DNA from: Carcharhinus longimanus
Taxonomy: Eukaryota
Reading direction: 5' to 3'
DNA length: 64,000 bases
Assembly (NCBI GenBank): GCA_030264375.1
Contig: JASCQW010000081.1
Coordinates: 60,504,224-60,568,223 of the forward strand
Shown: positions 50,702-63,582 of the stretch, piece by piece
Layout of the letters: each line of letters opens with the position of its first letter
Numbering within the stretch: position 1 is the stretch's first letter
Made by a program: the position numbers and the translations under genes
Notes under the pieces: model-generated
Databases searched by the model: none
Seen by the model: the letters and a program-made list of their open reading frames with translations, nothing else
What the model was told of the DNA's origin: nothing

Positions 50702-51576
50702 TGTTTGAGACATTGGTTATAATTTTAAAAATCCTTTTATCATTGCTGTTCTGAAGGTTAATTTATATTTGAAATCTACACAGTTCTTGTGTAGAATCAT
50801 ATGATTTGCTTTGCATGTTGGATTTTGAATGTTGATTGATAAGCTCACACACAACTGAATTTATTTTGATAAACTATCTGGAACACACATCCAATTAAAA
50901 GGCAAAAATAAAGTTAAGTTAGCTGGTGCCATGTCTATATTATGTAATTAACCTACTAAACCAATTAAGCATTAAGCACTGACAGAGGAGAAAAAAATAA
51001 ATTGGCAATGAAAGATTGCACCTATATCTAAAATTAATTTGTTACCCTTTATGGCTTGTATTCTGCCTCCAACAGGTAGCCCATACAACATTAGTGTTCC
51101 ATTGAAAGAATCCTATTGAAAGAGTGTGTTGTACATACCATATTCATAGAGCAAATCCAAATATTCCTGTTCACTTTAATTTTTTTTTAAACACTTTAAA
51201 AACCTTGTGGTCACAGATTTATTCGGAAAGTGGTCGCTGGTGTGTAATTTGTTTAGCCTGCATCCGACTGACTAACTGGATGTACAAGGTCACAACAAAT
51301 GTTGCCACAAGCATTAAAGCCTTACACTGTCAGCAACAATTACTGTAGGCATAAATCTCCCAAAATTGTAATTGCCAAACGATTTGTTGAAGCCTGCAAT
51401 GCAATTACTTTACTTGAAAAGTAATGTACAAATATTTTCTGTAGTTGTGTTGGTTATTTCAAGAATTTAGTCAATATCTACCAGACAACTAACTCCAACA
51501 ACATAATTATTAAAAACAAGTTCTGAGAGTTAGCTTGCTTCAGTTTGTAATCTGGTTCTCACACTCCCATTCTCAC

Positions 51577-51639
51577 CTTTAAGAGATCTATTTCTTTGAT
51601 GCAATCTTGGCGGGCTTTGGCATCCATCATTTCAAATAT
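51577..51639 (-). CDS. NEK7: NEK7-like kinase exon (alphaC helix): IFEMMDAKARQDCIKEIDLLK
   Basis: 63 bp; acceptor ttttcccag|ATA, donor AAG|gtgaga; not in the ORF track, read manually. Confidence 0.96.
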
Positions 51640-52214
51640 CTGGGAAAAATAGTAATTTAAGCGTTCCATTACATAACTAATAAAACAAAAATATAACAAA
51701 CAAAAATAATAGATTGATTCTCCTTTCTCAACATCATGAAGACCTATATTTTCCTTTGCACTAAAACACGTTCAAAATGAAGAATGATGATTCTTATAGA
51801 AGGACACACTGTAAAATACATCTCAAAAGCAGCAAAAAGCAGATTTAATCAAATAAAATTATGCGCTTTGTACCTTTCAACATGGAGAAAATCTTGTGCA
51901 TCATTTGGAGATGGATTTCAAAGCAACGTTCAGGTGAAGTTCTTATAGTATCTAATATTGAAAGTCACAGATGCGTTGTGGTGCTGGCAGGGAAGCAAGG
52001 CCATGGCCAGGGTAATGTCCTATGTTAACCTCTAACATAGTTAGGACACTACAAAAAGAAAATTGGCAACGAGAATGGGATTGTGTTTCAAAACATTGTA
52101 GGTTCTCACACTGAGTAATTATTAGAAGGTTGGGGACAAGCAACAACAGGATTGAAGTGCAAGTGCAGGAGGATCAATGAAGGAAAAAGCTCTTGTGTGG
52201 TTTCACACCTCAAT

Positions 52215-52490
52215 TATGTTCTCCCTCAGTGTTCTCTGCTCTAAAAGAAAACAATCCAAACCTATCTAGTTTCTCTCTATAGCTCAAATGCTCCATCCCA
52301 GACAACATCACAGTCAACCACCTCTACGTCCCTTCTCATGTGGTCGCATCCTTCCTATAGTGAGGTGACCAAAACTGCACACACTACTCCAGCTGTGGCC
52401 TCAACAACATTCTGTACAACTCCTACATGATCTCCTTGCTCTTATAGTCTATGCCACAACTGATAAAATCAAGTATCCCATATGCCTTTC
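52215..52490 (-). mobile_element. CR1 LINE fragment
   Basis: tccttcctatagtgaggtgaccaaaactgcacacactactccagctgtggcctcaac (antisense RPQLE..VQFWSP). Confidence 0.75.
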
Positions 52491-54175
52491 TAACTTTTCC
52501 TGTCTTCTTAGCCTTCTCACTTTGGATTCTGGATGTGGCAGATCTGGATAAGACTTTGCCTTCCTACCCATCAGTAATTCAGCTGGTGAGAATCCTGTTG
52601 TTGTCGTGGCATAATACGATACTGGATTAAGAACTCTAAGAGCATGGTTGTCAAAATATCATCTGCCATTCTCCTGAATGCTTCTTTTAGTGTCTCAACA
52701 GCTCACTCCGCTAAACTATTTAAACCTGAACGAAAAGGTATAGTACACCTGGCGTTTTCCATGTTGGACTGTTGTCAGAGAATCCGGTAAACCATGAGTT
52801 GCAAAATGGGTACTTAAATGTTGATCATGATGTGTACTTCACCCACTGAGAATGCACATCCACGAGAAACATATGACCCATGAAGGGCCCTGCAAAGTCC
52901 ACATGAAGTCCAGACTGCAGATGATCAGGCCAGTCTCACAGATGTAGTTGCGGCGGTTCATATTAGGCCACCAAACTTATGACTTGGTTAAACTCCCATT
53001 CGGAAGGCATCTGGGTGAGCCTCATGAACTTCATTGTAAAAGACCAGGATGGAATACCCTTAAAAATTACAGCCATCCTGCACACTCAGCTCATTTCTCC
53101 ACTTTGCATGTGGTCTCAATTCATCATTCCCTACAAAAGTAAGCCAACGCTGCAGAAGGCATCCATTGACCCGGGTAAAACAGATTGCAGCTCCTCCACT
53201 GCTTCGTCTGTTTAGCATTCACTGGAGAATGTGAAAGTCTCTCAAGCAAGAAAATTGTGTCTGGAGGAAACAGTACTTTGGTGAGCATGTCTGGTAAACG
53301 AAGATGATTCAAAATGTCTGCACTTATATTGTCCTTCCCTGCCCTGTGCACAAGGTTATACTGACAGGCTGACAACCCAACTCTGTATTCTCACTGACAC
53401 CATCGAAGAATGATCTTGATTCACGGAAAAGGCTCAAAGACTAGTGGTTGGTACATAATGAATGAATGACCATAAAGGTACTGACGAAAACATTTCATAG
53501 CAAACTCAGCGGTGAGATGTTCCGTGTCGAACTGCCGATATCCCTACTCAACTGCTGTAAATGTATATGATGCAAAGCCATTTTTTTTCTGAACTTTGCT
53601 CCATCAGATGAGAGGGTACTGCCCCAACAGTGTGGGACAAGGTATCATGTTACAGAATGAATCCTCTATCTTAATCAAAGTGAACCAACCGATAAGCTCA
53701 TTGTAGCCATGGTGTCATATCCTTGACAGTTGTGTCTGCTCGCCGCTNNNNNNNNNNNNNNNNNNNNNNNNNNNNNNNNNNNNNNNNNNNNNNNNNNNNN
53801 NNNNNNNNNNNNNNNNNNNNNNNNNNNNNNNNNNNNNNNNNNNNNNNAGCAATGCTGTCATATCCTTGAAAGTTTTTTATGCTAGCCCCTACTTCTATTA
53901 TTTCTTTGTGAAGTAGATATATTGGCACCAACACAATTGAAAGATCTGAAAAAAACTTCTCGTAGTAATTCACCACGCCCAGAAACAACCTGAGCTCTGA
54001 CACTTTGACTTTCAACAGAGACAGACCATGCACTGTGATTTTTTGACCCAAATATTTTACACTCTGCACATGGAAGATGCATTTGCTACGCTTCAGGCAT
54101 AGCCCTGCCTCTGAAAGTCTCGAACACTTGATCCAGGTTGCTGAGGTCCTCCTCCTTAGTTTTCCCTGTGATCAG
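52490..54175 (-). mobile_element. Second Gypsy pol remnant (RT-RNase H-integrase), decayed
   Basis: VKYLGQKIT...LRLFLGVVNYYEKF; YNLVHRAGKDNISADILNHLRLP; LHVDFAGPFMGHMFL; THGLPDS-like integrase core. Confidence 0.8.
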
Positions 54176-54224
54176 GAAAATGCACCAGGCAGCTCATATG
54201 CTGAGAATGCAGGCTAATAATTTA

Positions 54225-54837
54225 TCTGTGTTAATGGGGTGTTTTATTTTAATCTGGACAAATGCATTTTTGTTTACTTTTGGTTTTCCCCTGGGGTTTC
54301 AGAGTATGGTTTGAGTAGGTGGATTCACCAGAGACGGAGTCATGTGCTAATGAGAGGAGCTAAGTTTACAGGGGAAGACAAAAAAGTTTCTGCATGGTCC
54401 TGAAAGTGGTGTCTGTCTCTCTCTGTTGGCTGCTAAAGAATTGGAAGACAGGTGCCCTTCTGTCTCTTCATAAGTTTTCAAAGGCTCTAGGTCTGTTAAT
54501 TAGTAAAAATGCATAATCCAGTGTTGTTTGCTAACTGATCTTGAAGAGGAGTTTTAAGTCTACAGGAGCAATATTTCTTGAATCGGAACGAATAGAGATA
54601 GGTTTAAAATTGTATCAGGTCATGTTCAAGTCTTTCAATTGGTATTCTTTAAACTACTTCATTTGTTATACTGTACTGTTCAAGTGAAGTTTGTTTTGAT
54701 AAAAGTTTCAAGTATTAATAGTATCTGTCACACCTGGAGTGAAATATATTATCCTCACACTTAGGCCAAAACAAAAATTAGTTGGGGTCTAGTCTAACTT
54801 CATAACATATCTTGTGGTTTCTGTTTGGTCCTTAACA
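54225..54837. mobile_element. Probable solo LTR-like repeat
   Basis: tgttaatggg...ggtccttaaca TG..CA ends with short inverted termini; resembles blocks near 16960-17680 and 31690-31985. Confidence 0.35.
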
Positions 54838-54939
54838 CTTAGCAATCTGAAACTCAAATGACATTTGCACATAAATTACATGGCTCACAAGAAAATGAGA
54901 ATTTAAAACATGGCTTGTTGAGGATGCTCCACCATTTAA

Positions 54940-55265
54940 TACAATCATGATTCACCTTGGGCTTCAACTCCATTTTCCTACATGTTCACCATATCTCTCA
55001 ATTCCAAAACACCAAATAATTGTTTATCCCAGTCTTAAATGTATTCAACAGTAGAGGATGGAGCAACCACAACTCTCTGGGGAGTAGAGAATTCCAAAGA
55101 TTTACAATCTTTTGAGTGAAGAAATTTCTCTCAGTCTTACACAACTGCCCCATTATCCTGACATTGCGTCTGTTTTGTAGATTTGTTAAACAATTGCTCA
55201 GCATCTACTTTATTAAGCCATTTCAAAAATCTTTGTTTTAATATTATCTCTTGTTCTAAACTCCA
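54940..55265 (-). mobile_element. CR1 LINE 3' end
   Basis: RNFFTQKIVNLWNSL motif (ORF 54998..55204). Confidence 0.7.
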
Positions 55266-55423
55266 GTTAAAACTTAAAAGAATTAAGTGAATTCCTGTTG
55301 CGGCCACTGAGCATCATATCACAGTTTGACATTGCCATAAAATAAATTTAAATAACCAACACTAAAGTTCATAGCTAATTTCCATGTAGGAACATTTATG
55401 GCTTTTCCTTCTGATCCCTGGAT

Positions 55424-55682
55424 TTAAAGTTTAATTATCCCAAGTAGGCTTACATTAAAACTGCAATAACATTTCTGTGAAAATCCCCGTGTCGCCACAC
55501 TCCAGCCCCTGTTCAGGTACATAGTGGGAGAACTTAGCATGGCCTTTGCTCCTAAGCAGGATGTCTTTCAGACTGTGGGAAGAAACAGGGAGTATGCACA
55601 AACTCCACACAATGACCCAAATTGGGAAACGAATCCGGGCCCCGGTGCTGTGAGATAGCTGTGCTAACAACCGTGCCACCAT
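55424..55682 (-). mobile_element. V-SINE (alternative tail), about 65 bp downstream of a kinase splice donor
   Basis: caagtaggcttacattaa...gtcgccacactccagc...gtgctaacaaccgtgccaccatg. Confidence 0.8.
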
Positions 55683-55746
55683 GAATCTATGGCTTTCGAC
55701 TATACTTGTGGTACAGTACCATTAAATTTCTTACAAAGGTACTTAC

Positions 55747-55887
55747 CTGCACCTTCTTCAAAGCTACAGGCATTCCATCTAGGAGACATGCTGCTCGATA
55801 CACTTCGCTAAATTGTCCACGGCCAATTTTCTTCTCTATTTGGAAGTTTCCCAGTGTACCAAGACCCAAATCAGGGCGCAGGGGCTT
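55747..55887 (-). CDS. NEK7: NEK7-like kinase exon (Gly-rich loop, VALK lysine): KPLRPDLGLGTLGNFQIEKKIGRGQFSEVYRAACLLDGMPVALKKVQ
   Basis: 141 bp; acceptor tttacag|AAG, donor CAG|gtaagt; phase 0/0. Confidence 0.96.
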
Positions 55888-57829
55888 CTGTAAATTTGAA
55901 GCATGCTTAAAATCAAATAGAGCACCAAGGACAGAAAAGAACACACCAACATGAAAATTTTAAAAAGCCATTCAGCTCCATCCATTTTTGTCATCTTGAT
56001 ACAATGATTTTGGGTGTCAATTCTTAGTTGAAATCTGTCAAACTAATAATTCACAAAAAAAATTACACAATTTAAAGCTTTTGGAAAACCTAGAAAAATA
56101 ATTTGCTTCTTCAGTTTCGAAAATTAAAAATAATGAAAAATAAATACGCAGCAAATCTTACTTGTCAATAGCCCTAAATACAACCATATTACCATTCTTC
56201 AATCTTTCTTTCTTCCAATTTTTTTTAAGCACCTTGTGTCATATGCATCATCCTCACCCATGATAGCAGACAGACTACCATGCAATTGGCAACCAACCTT
56301 GCAGGAAGTTGCAAGCTTTATTAGATACAGATAATTATTTTTTGAATTTGAATGGGGATAACAAATTACTGAGGTCTTTGTTTGACACCTCTTGCTCAAA
56401 ATATGCTTGTCACTTTAAGCAATCACAACTATAACTTAAAGTGTCATTCTGTAGTGTAGCGTATGAAAGCACTAGTACTGAGTCAATTATCATTTTTAAA
56501 CATTTCCAAAAAATAAATTTATTTTAATTACCTCAAGAATGTTTGCTTTGCATCTTGGACCCACTTGTGAAATGATCACTTCATTTGAGATAATGATTAA
56601 AATTACTGATTTAAAAGGCTCAAATATCTTCCATCAGTTTAGTTCAAATCTACTGGTGGTATCCAACATAAGGTACAAACATTTGGACTGTTTAGAGGCA
56701 AAACATGGATCATTCATGCAGGTTTACTCAACCACCATTTCATATTGCATTGGCGTGTTCCCATCCATAGGTCTTGTATAGATAGAGGAGCCTCAGAAGT
56801 AGAGAGAGCCATCAGCATATTTTGAAAAATAGTAGTGCACAGAACGATGGAATGCATAAATCACGTAAGTGGGCCATTCAGCCTCTCAAACCCATGCTGG
56901 TTCACTGCAGAGCCATCTAATCAATCCTTCAGACCCGCTCTTTCCCTATGGCACTTTTTCCCCTCTTTCAAGTACTTCCCTTTTGAAAACATGATTGAAA
57001 CTTCGCTCACCTACTTCAAAACATTATATTTTGGATCACACCATGTCCCAAACAGTTTCCATGAGCTATGCAAGGTCATCCTATGCAGAGCTGATGGTTT
57101 TAGTATCCAAATAAGCACAAAATAAAATAGAAGGAACAGCAGCTAGGAAAATGCCATTGAGACCTTACTATTGATGGACATGAAGTTAACTTTCTAAATT
57201 ATGTGTGGTATGTTTGCTGCTGCTATCCTGGTGCGGCAGGAAACCTTGCTGGTACACAATTTTGTTTCAAAACATTGTTTTAAATACAAAGTTATACTCT
57301 ACATTTTAAGTTGTTCTTCTCCTGCACCACTTGCCTAACCAAGAAGAGTTTTAACAGGATACTGTTACTCATCTACATAGAATTTCAAAATCATGATATA
57401 CTTGACACTTTCAACTCCTGTTTCAGCCTCCCCAAAATCTGCCTGCTTTGCTTCCTGCCGTCAATGCCAATCTCATACTATTTCTCTTCGCTAGCATGCC
57501 TTGGATCCAGTCATCATTTCTTAGCCGATTTTGGATACTGGATCTCTGCCTTCTCATCCGCTCTCCCACTCCTGTCCTTGAATTCTTCAACTCTTTCACT
57601 CCCTGAACTTATAAAAGAATCTGATAGTTTAATATTTATTTTGAAAGCTACCTACTGTATTCAAGCCCTAGTTAATTCAATGCTAAAAGCACAAAATTCA
57701 AATGTACAGAAGATAATCTAAAATAAAACAATAGTTTATGGTTAACATTTCTTGGAAACAGGGTTTTGTAAAAGGGTCCGTGCCAAAAGCATCAACCAGT
57801 CTTTTCTTACTTAGTCTCACTCCTCCCCA

Positions 57830-58155
57830 TCTTTTCAAGCTCTTCCAGTTCCATAACCTTCTGAGATGTCTGCACTTAATTCTGGCGTCTTATGCATCCT
57901 AATTTTAGTTGCTCCACCAGTGGTGGCCAAGCCTTTTGGTGCCTCAGCCCCAAGCTCATGAATACCTTACTGCACCTCGCCACCTCTTTAGCCATTCTTC
58001 CTCCTTTAAGGCCACCTCTTTTCCCAAGCTTTGGTCTTCTGACCGAATATCACCTTATGTGATTCATTGTCAGTTTGTTCTATAATGCTCCTGTGAAGTG
58101 CCTTGGGTCGTTTCATTACATTAAAGGTGCTATATAAATACAAGCTGTTATTCTT
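57830..58155 (+). mobile_element. L2-like LINE 3' end
   Basis: gctcctgtgaagtgccttgggtcgtttcattacattaaaggtgctatataaatacaagctgtt. Confidence 0.6.
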
Positions 58156-59894
58156 GTTACTGGCACTTCAGATGCTGACAGAGTCGCTCTTGTATTTCCA
58201 GCTACTACTCTTCATTTAGCTATTTAAATTTGCTTTGTTTCCAGCACACCTTAATTAACACACCCAAAAAGCTGTGGGGAAATGGTTCTCCATTAATTTA
58301 ACATAACGACCTTTACTGCAAACGAAGGAATGCACGGTTGCCAAGACCAACAGTCTGCAACAAAAATTTACAGAATGAGTTTTGGAAATGCCACATGACA
58401 GACAACATATGCCACAAAGGAAATTCAGTAAAGATTAATGTTCTTTGACAGATGCAGTATTCTTGCATTTAACACAACTGCTTTATCCAGAATTTTATTT
58501 TTAAAAATCATGCCATGAACTTTGCTGCCATTCACTACAAAGCAAAAAGTCTAATCCAATAAGCGAATCCACCAAACTGTAGAAAATTCACCTTTTGAAT
58601 GTTTGTTTATAATTTTGCTATTCAACACTACATTAGANNNNNNNNNNNNNNNNNNNNNNNNNNNNNNNNNNNNNNNNNNNNNNNNNNNNNNNNNNNNNNN
58701 NNNNNNGGCAGTTGCGGTAGCACCTCCAGCAGCTGCCCTCGTTACTCCATGAAACTGATTAAAGTTCTGGTACCCGCATGTGTGTAGTTATACACGGAAA
58801 ATGAGAAATTGCAGTTAGTGATTCCTTCCTCCTCCACAAACTGTGCTACTTCAACTCTGAAGAGATGCAAATCGGCTAGAAATTACTCAGTGATCTGACT
58901 TGTATTTTTTTAAAAAACGATATTATTCTTGCTGCAAAACCCTTTGAAAAAGTTATGCCTTGTTTAATGAGGTCTAAATGCATTTTTGGCAACTTAGTGC
59001 TGAACTTTTTCGGCCCTGAAAAACTAATGTCATGGAATTTCTACAATGTCAAATTTCTCCAATCCACAACAACTACTGCCTTGACTTTTCAAGTAATACT
59101 TATTAAAAATGATATTTCAGCTTCTACCTGAATCCTACATGTCCCAATTATTTTGCTTTTGACAAAAATATAACGTGAATAATAAAATCTGCGTGTTACT
59201 TCCTGGTTTCAATCTGCAGGAATTCTTCAGTGCGATTGGCTGGTTAGCCTGCTTAAGGACATCACTACTGCTGGACCGCACTGATCCCTAAAGCTGGCAT
59301 CAGAATAAAATTGAGAGAAGAAGTGAAATTCAGGTCACAGAGCTCACCTGATTTTTGTGGACAGTTTCAAAATCCATGACAAGCACCATCAGGCCTTCAT
59401 GCTTTTGCATTCTTTAATTTACGACAAATCTGTCTAGAACTTCTCCAACTTTATATTCTCCAAAGGCATAAGCACCAATTGATCCAAGTCTGCAGATGGC
59501 AATCTACTTCCAGTTCATTATTTGGCATACATTGGAAACAAAAACCAATTCCATTCCTCAGTGACATAACACACTGGAAACGCAAAAAAAAAATCTCTCT
59601 CCATGAACAAAAGTTTAAGCTTCTTTAAAGAAATTGTTGCATTTCTGCCAGAGTTCAGGTTCTCTCCTCTTAAACTCAGTGGTTGGAAATCTGTGCATGG
59701 CCAGAAAATACAGTTTTCCCTCATACTTCCTTCCATTAGATCCCTAAGAACTGGAAAGAATAAAAAACTGTGCATTTAAAAGATAACATTGCAAAAAGGG
59801 AAAGTCAATCTTGATTGCTGAGTGTCCAATCACAGACCTCACTTCACTAGATTGTTAGGATACATAGAGACAACAATATCAACATGAAAAATGA

Positions 59895-60078
59895 TAGAAT
59901 CATAAAATCCCAACAACGCAGGACACTTGGCCCATCAAGCCTGCACTAACAATAATCCCACCCAGACACTATCCCCATTACCCCACATATTTAGCCTACT
60001 AATCCCCTGACACCCCTCCTAACATTAAGCAGCAATTTAGCATAGCCAATCAACCTAACCCACACATTTCTGGACTGC
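59895..60078 (-). mobile_element. HE1 SINE 3' part
   Basis: atagaatcataaaatccc...ggcccatcaagcctgcac...gcaatttagcatagccaatcaacctaaccc. Confidence 0.75.
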
Positions 60079-63000
60079 AGGATCTCCGATCCCTTTGTAC
60101 TTTTTAATGAGGAAAAAGTGCCATTAAGTTCAAAATGGTTAATACCTGAATTAAAAAGAGTTTGTAGCAACATACAAAAGTGAAAGCAGTCTTTAGGCAT
60201 TTTTTTCTACTGACAACAGGTCTATAAACAAATGATAACTCTGAATACTGCTATCAGATATCAGCGTATAGATCATATTCAAATGAAGAGCAAACTAAAT
60301 CAAAATTTTTAAATGTTTGAGCTGCAAATGCTGCCTATCAATTAAAATTATGTATTTGATAAGAGAGCACATACAAAGCTAACATGAATTGAAAGTGTTT
60401 AAAAACAGCAAGATGAATATTTTCAAATACTTTAGAATTTGTGAATTACAGATTCATTAAGTAGACCACATTTACAGCACTATTTTTTTGTCTTTTTGGC
60501 GTATGTGATAACTTGACAAATGTTAGCATCAGCTTTTGAGGAACTATGACAACCACATGCTGAGAGCAAAGTCTCACTAATGTGTTCTGGCATGCAAGTC
60601 TGTAATCACACATTTACATATGCAATGACCTACATTTGCATGTCAGATCACACACTGTCTTGGTTTATTAAAGCCAGGCACCTCCCAGTGCACTGTGAAG
60701 ACATTGGTGATATAAGGCCAGAGGGTGGTGTTTCTTGGCAGCTGAGGGACAAACTGCCACCTAGGATTAGGCTGATGCAGGCTGAGCATTAGACACTTCA
60801 TTAGAGGTAATCTGTTTAACAGTGGGCAGTGTATGTAAACTTCACAGCCTATTTGCAGCACCTTTTCCTCCCATGGCCTCTCTTCAAAAGGCCAGAGTAG
60901 CTGAGCGACAGCTTGTCTCATCTGCTGCCTTGTCCTGTCATACAATTTAGACATGGAGAGCTGATGTGAGGAACAACATAACTGTACATTCCTAACCACC
61001 ACTGGGTCACTCTTATTCGCAATACAGTTGTTTGCTTTTGTTATTCCACTAACTTAATTTTATCTGAAATGTGCTTTAACTCGGCTCAATGAAATGTGTC
61101 TCAGAAAACCAATTCTTGCATCTTGTGAAGTGAAATGAAGTTCTGTTACTCATTTAACAGAGCAGAATTTGAGCTTCATTGAGCAATTCACATTTGGAGA
61201 CAGAATTATGCATCCATCAAAAGTCCATTTAAAGGCATCATGTTTACCCCCACAATCATATTACATTTTAGAGCAGCAAATTGTTTTAGGATAGAAGGTT
61301 TTATGTAACAGCTAATAAAACAGGAAAAAAATTCAATATTTAAAAAACTATTTTATGAATTAACTAATTCCTGTTGAGACTTACTTCATAATATAAAGAG
61401 CAGCAAAATAATAAATACATTGGAATATAATCAGTTTTCGAAAGTTGAATTCACTAAATGAGTGTAGTTATAATGCATGTTTCCTTCTATCTTGCAGCAT
61501 TACAACAACTTCTTGGTTAATGATGTTTATCTCCTACAGTTCCTAATGCATCAACAAGATTAGGTGGCTGGCTTCACTAATAGCAATAAAATGAGCTGCA
61601 CCTTCAAGTATTTATTTTGTGAACAGGATTTTGCGATTTTAACTCAGCACATCCCAACTGGACAAGCCAAAAGTGTATTTTTCCCCTCAGGTGTGATACC
61701 TAGAAAATAAATTACACTCCAAGGAGGAGACATGGGGTAAAATCTTACTAAAAACAGTAGAATTTTTTTTCCCCAGTGAGAAAACCAGCATGTTTCTCAC
61801 TAGGGAAAAGAGTTGGTATTCTCTCCAGATGTTATAACACTCTGCCAAACAAAACAGTGGTGTTTTACACCACCATGTGGGGTGGGGGTGGTTTGGTGGT
61901 GGTGGTGGTGCAAGTGGTGGTCACAGCAACAATACATCAGCAAAATTCCACTGCTCAGAGATCAGGTGCCCTTTAAAGGACCAGTACCTGAGGAAACCCA
62001 AAGTCAGCAATTTCTATCTTCACTCCACCCCCCANNNNNNNNNNNNNNNNNNNNNNNNNNNNNNNNNNNNNNNNNNNNNNNNNNNNNNNNNNNCTCCAAA
62101 TGAGGCACCCACTGGCATGGTGCCGACCTGTGCTGGAACACTGATAAATCACTGCCTGGCCATGTCCCTCTCCCCTGGTTGCCATACTTGCCTCTACAAC
62201 CCTGGGGAAACCCTTACAACAAGTTCACATTTAGATGGACCTGTTGCAAATGAATATTTGCTAAATATCCTATATGTGGAGAACACGAATCACACACTCT
62301 GGCTTTTGAGTACACACAGCCATTCCTGCAGAGTGCGCAGGCTCAAAATTACATCAAGTCAAGTATCTGAGGACACACTTGAAATGCAGAATATTAAAAT
62401 AGTAACGAAATAGCAAATTAGGCAATAAACCCTATCTATAGCATACTGCTTCAATTGACAAACCTGTAATGAAAGCAGAACATATTACACGCATCATTTT
62501 CCTCTAACTAGTAGTGCATTTCCCAGTAAAATGCAATTCTTGAATCCACTGCCAAAACAACTTGCCAGACTATTATACAGCATTTCTCCTTTCTATTATT
62601 TAATACATCAACAAATAAAGGAAACACCTTGTGACCCCATAAAAAATTTCAACAGTGGATGCTATAAAATACAATATGTTGGGCCAGTGTTGTAGGCTAT
62701 AATGCATCATAGGGTGATGTAATTCTAAACTGGTAAGCCCTACCCTCAGTTCAAGAAATCATCAGAATGTCTGGAGTGTGTTACAAAAGCTTGTAATGCA
62801 TCCTGACTATGACAAGTTGGAAATCCTCTCAGAAATGCAAGTATATTCCTCACACACAGATCATAATTTTCCATAGTCTTCTGCAACAGATTGCTGTTAT
62901 CTTACTTTTGCATCTGTTGAGCCTTGCAGAACTGTAAACAGTTTATTGGGAATGTCTGAAAACACAGTATAGTGTAGTCTTGTAGAACAAAAGATTCCAC

Positions 63001-63474
63001 ACACTCTGATGCATGACTGGAAAGTACTGGGATGAAATTTCATGATGAATTCCAAATCATCATTGTGCCATCAATGGTGGTACAGAAAAGAAGCCAGGTG
63101 CATGCGTCAAAAAGAGAGAAAGGATTTATTTTATTAAAACAAAATCATTCCATTAAATTGTCAGGTGCATAGATCAGATGCATGAAGATGAAGTTATACT
63201 GGCTCAAACTGTTGGCATCTGTTTTGCTATAAAGTCATCGAACCACCGAATGTACAGATTTGCACGTTCTATGAGGATTTTACAGATCAGAAGACTGATG
63301 TGCACCCTACATTTAAAACTGTTGCTCAGTATTATGACCACATGCCTTCGCTAAGTTTCTGATGAAGTTTGGCTGTTTGATTTTATGCAGCAATGCCAAA
63401 TGTCCATTAAAATGCTGACTCAATAATTAAATTAAATCTCAAAGTATAATGTGGCACAAGTTAGCTGACTGTAA

Positions 63475-63582
63475 ATATCAAAATGCTGTTGATGCTGAAA
63501 ATCTGATCCAAAAGGTAAAAAAGAAATGCTGTAACACTCAGCACATCATGCAGCATCTATGGAGGGAGAAACAGAGTTATTG
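63475..63582 (-). mobile_element. Penelope-derived terminal fragment (5012/11225 family)
   Basis: gatgctgaaaatctga...aaatgctgtaacactcagc...gcagcatctatggagggagaaacagagtta. Confidence 0.55.

Larger units (their letters stand above)
1956..55887 (-). other. NEK7: Partial gene model: NEK7-like (NEK6/NEK7 subfamily) serine/threonine kinase, 6 internal coding exons
   Basis: Six exons splice in frame with GT-AG introns to [209 protein letters not shown]. Exon sizes match my recollection of human NEK7 exons 3-8. The family is certain; exact orthology (NEK7 versus another paralogue) is not. Confidence 0.93.
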
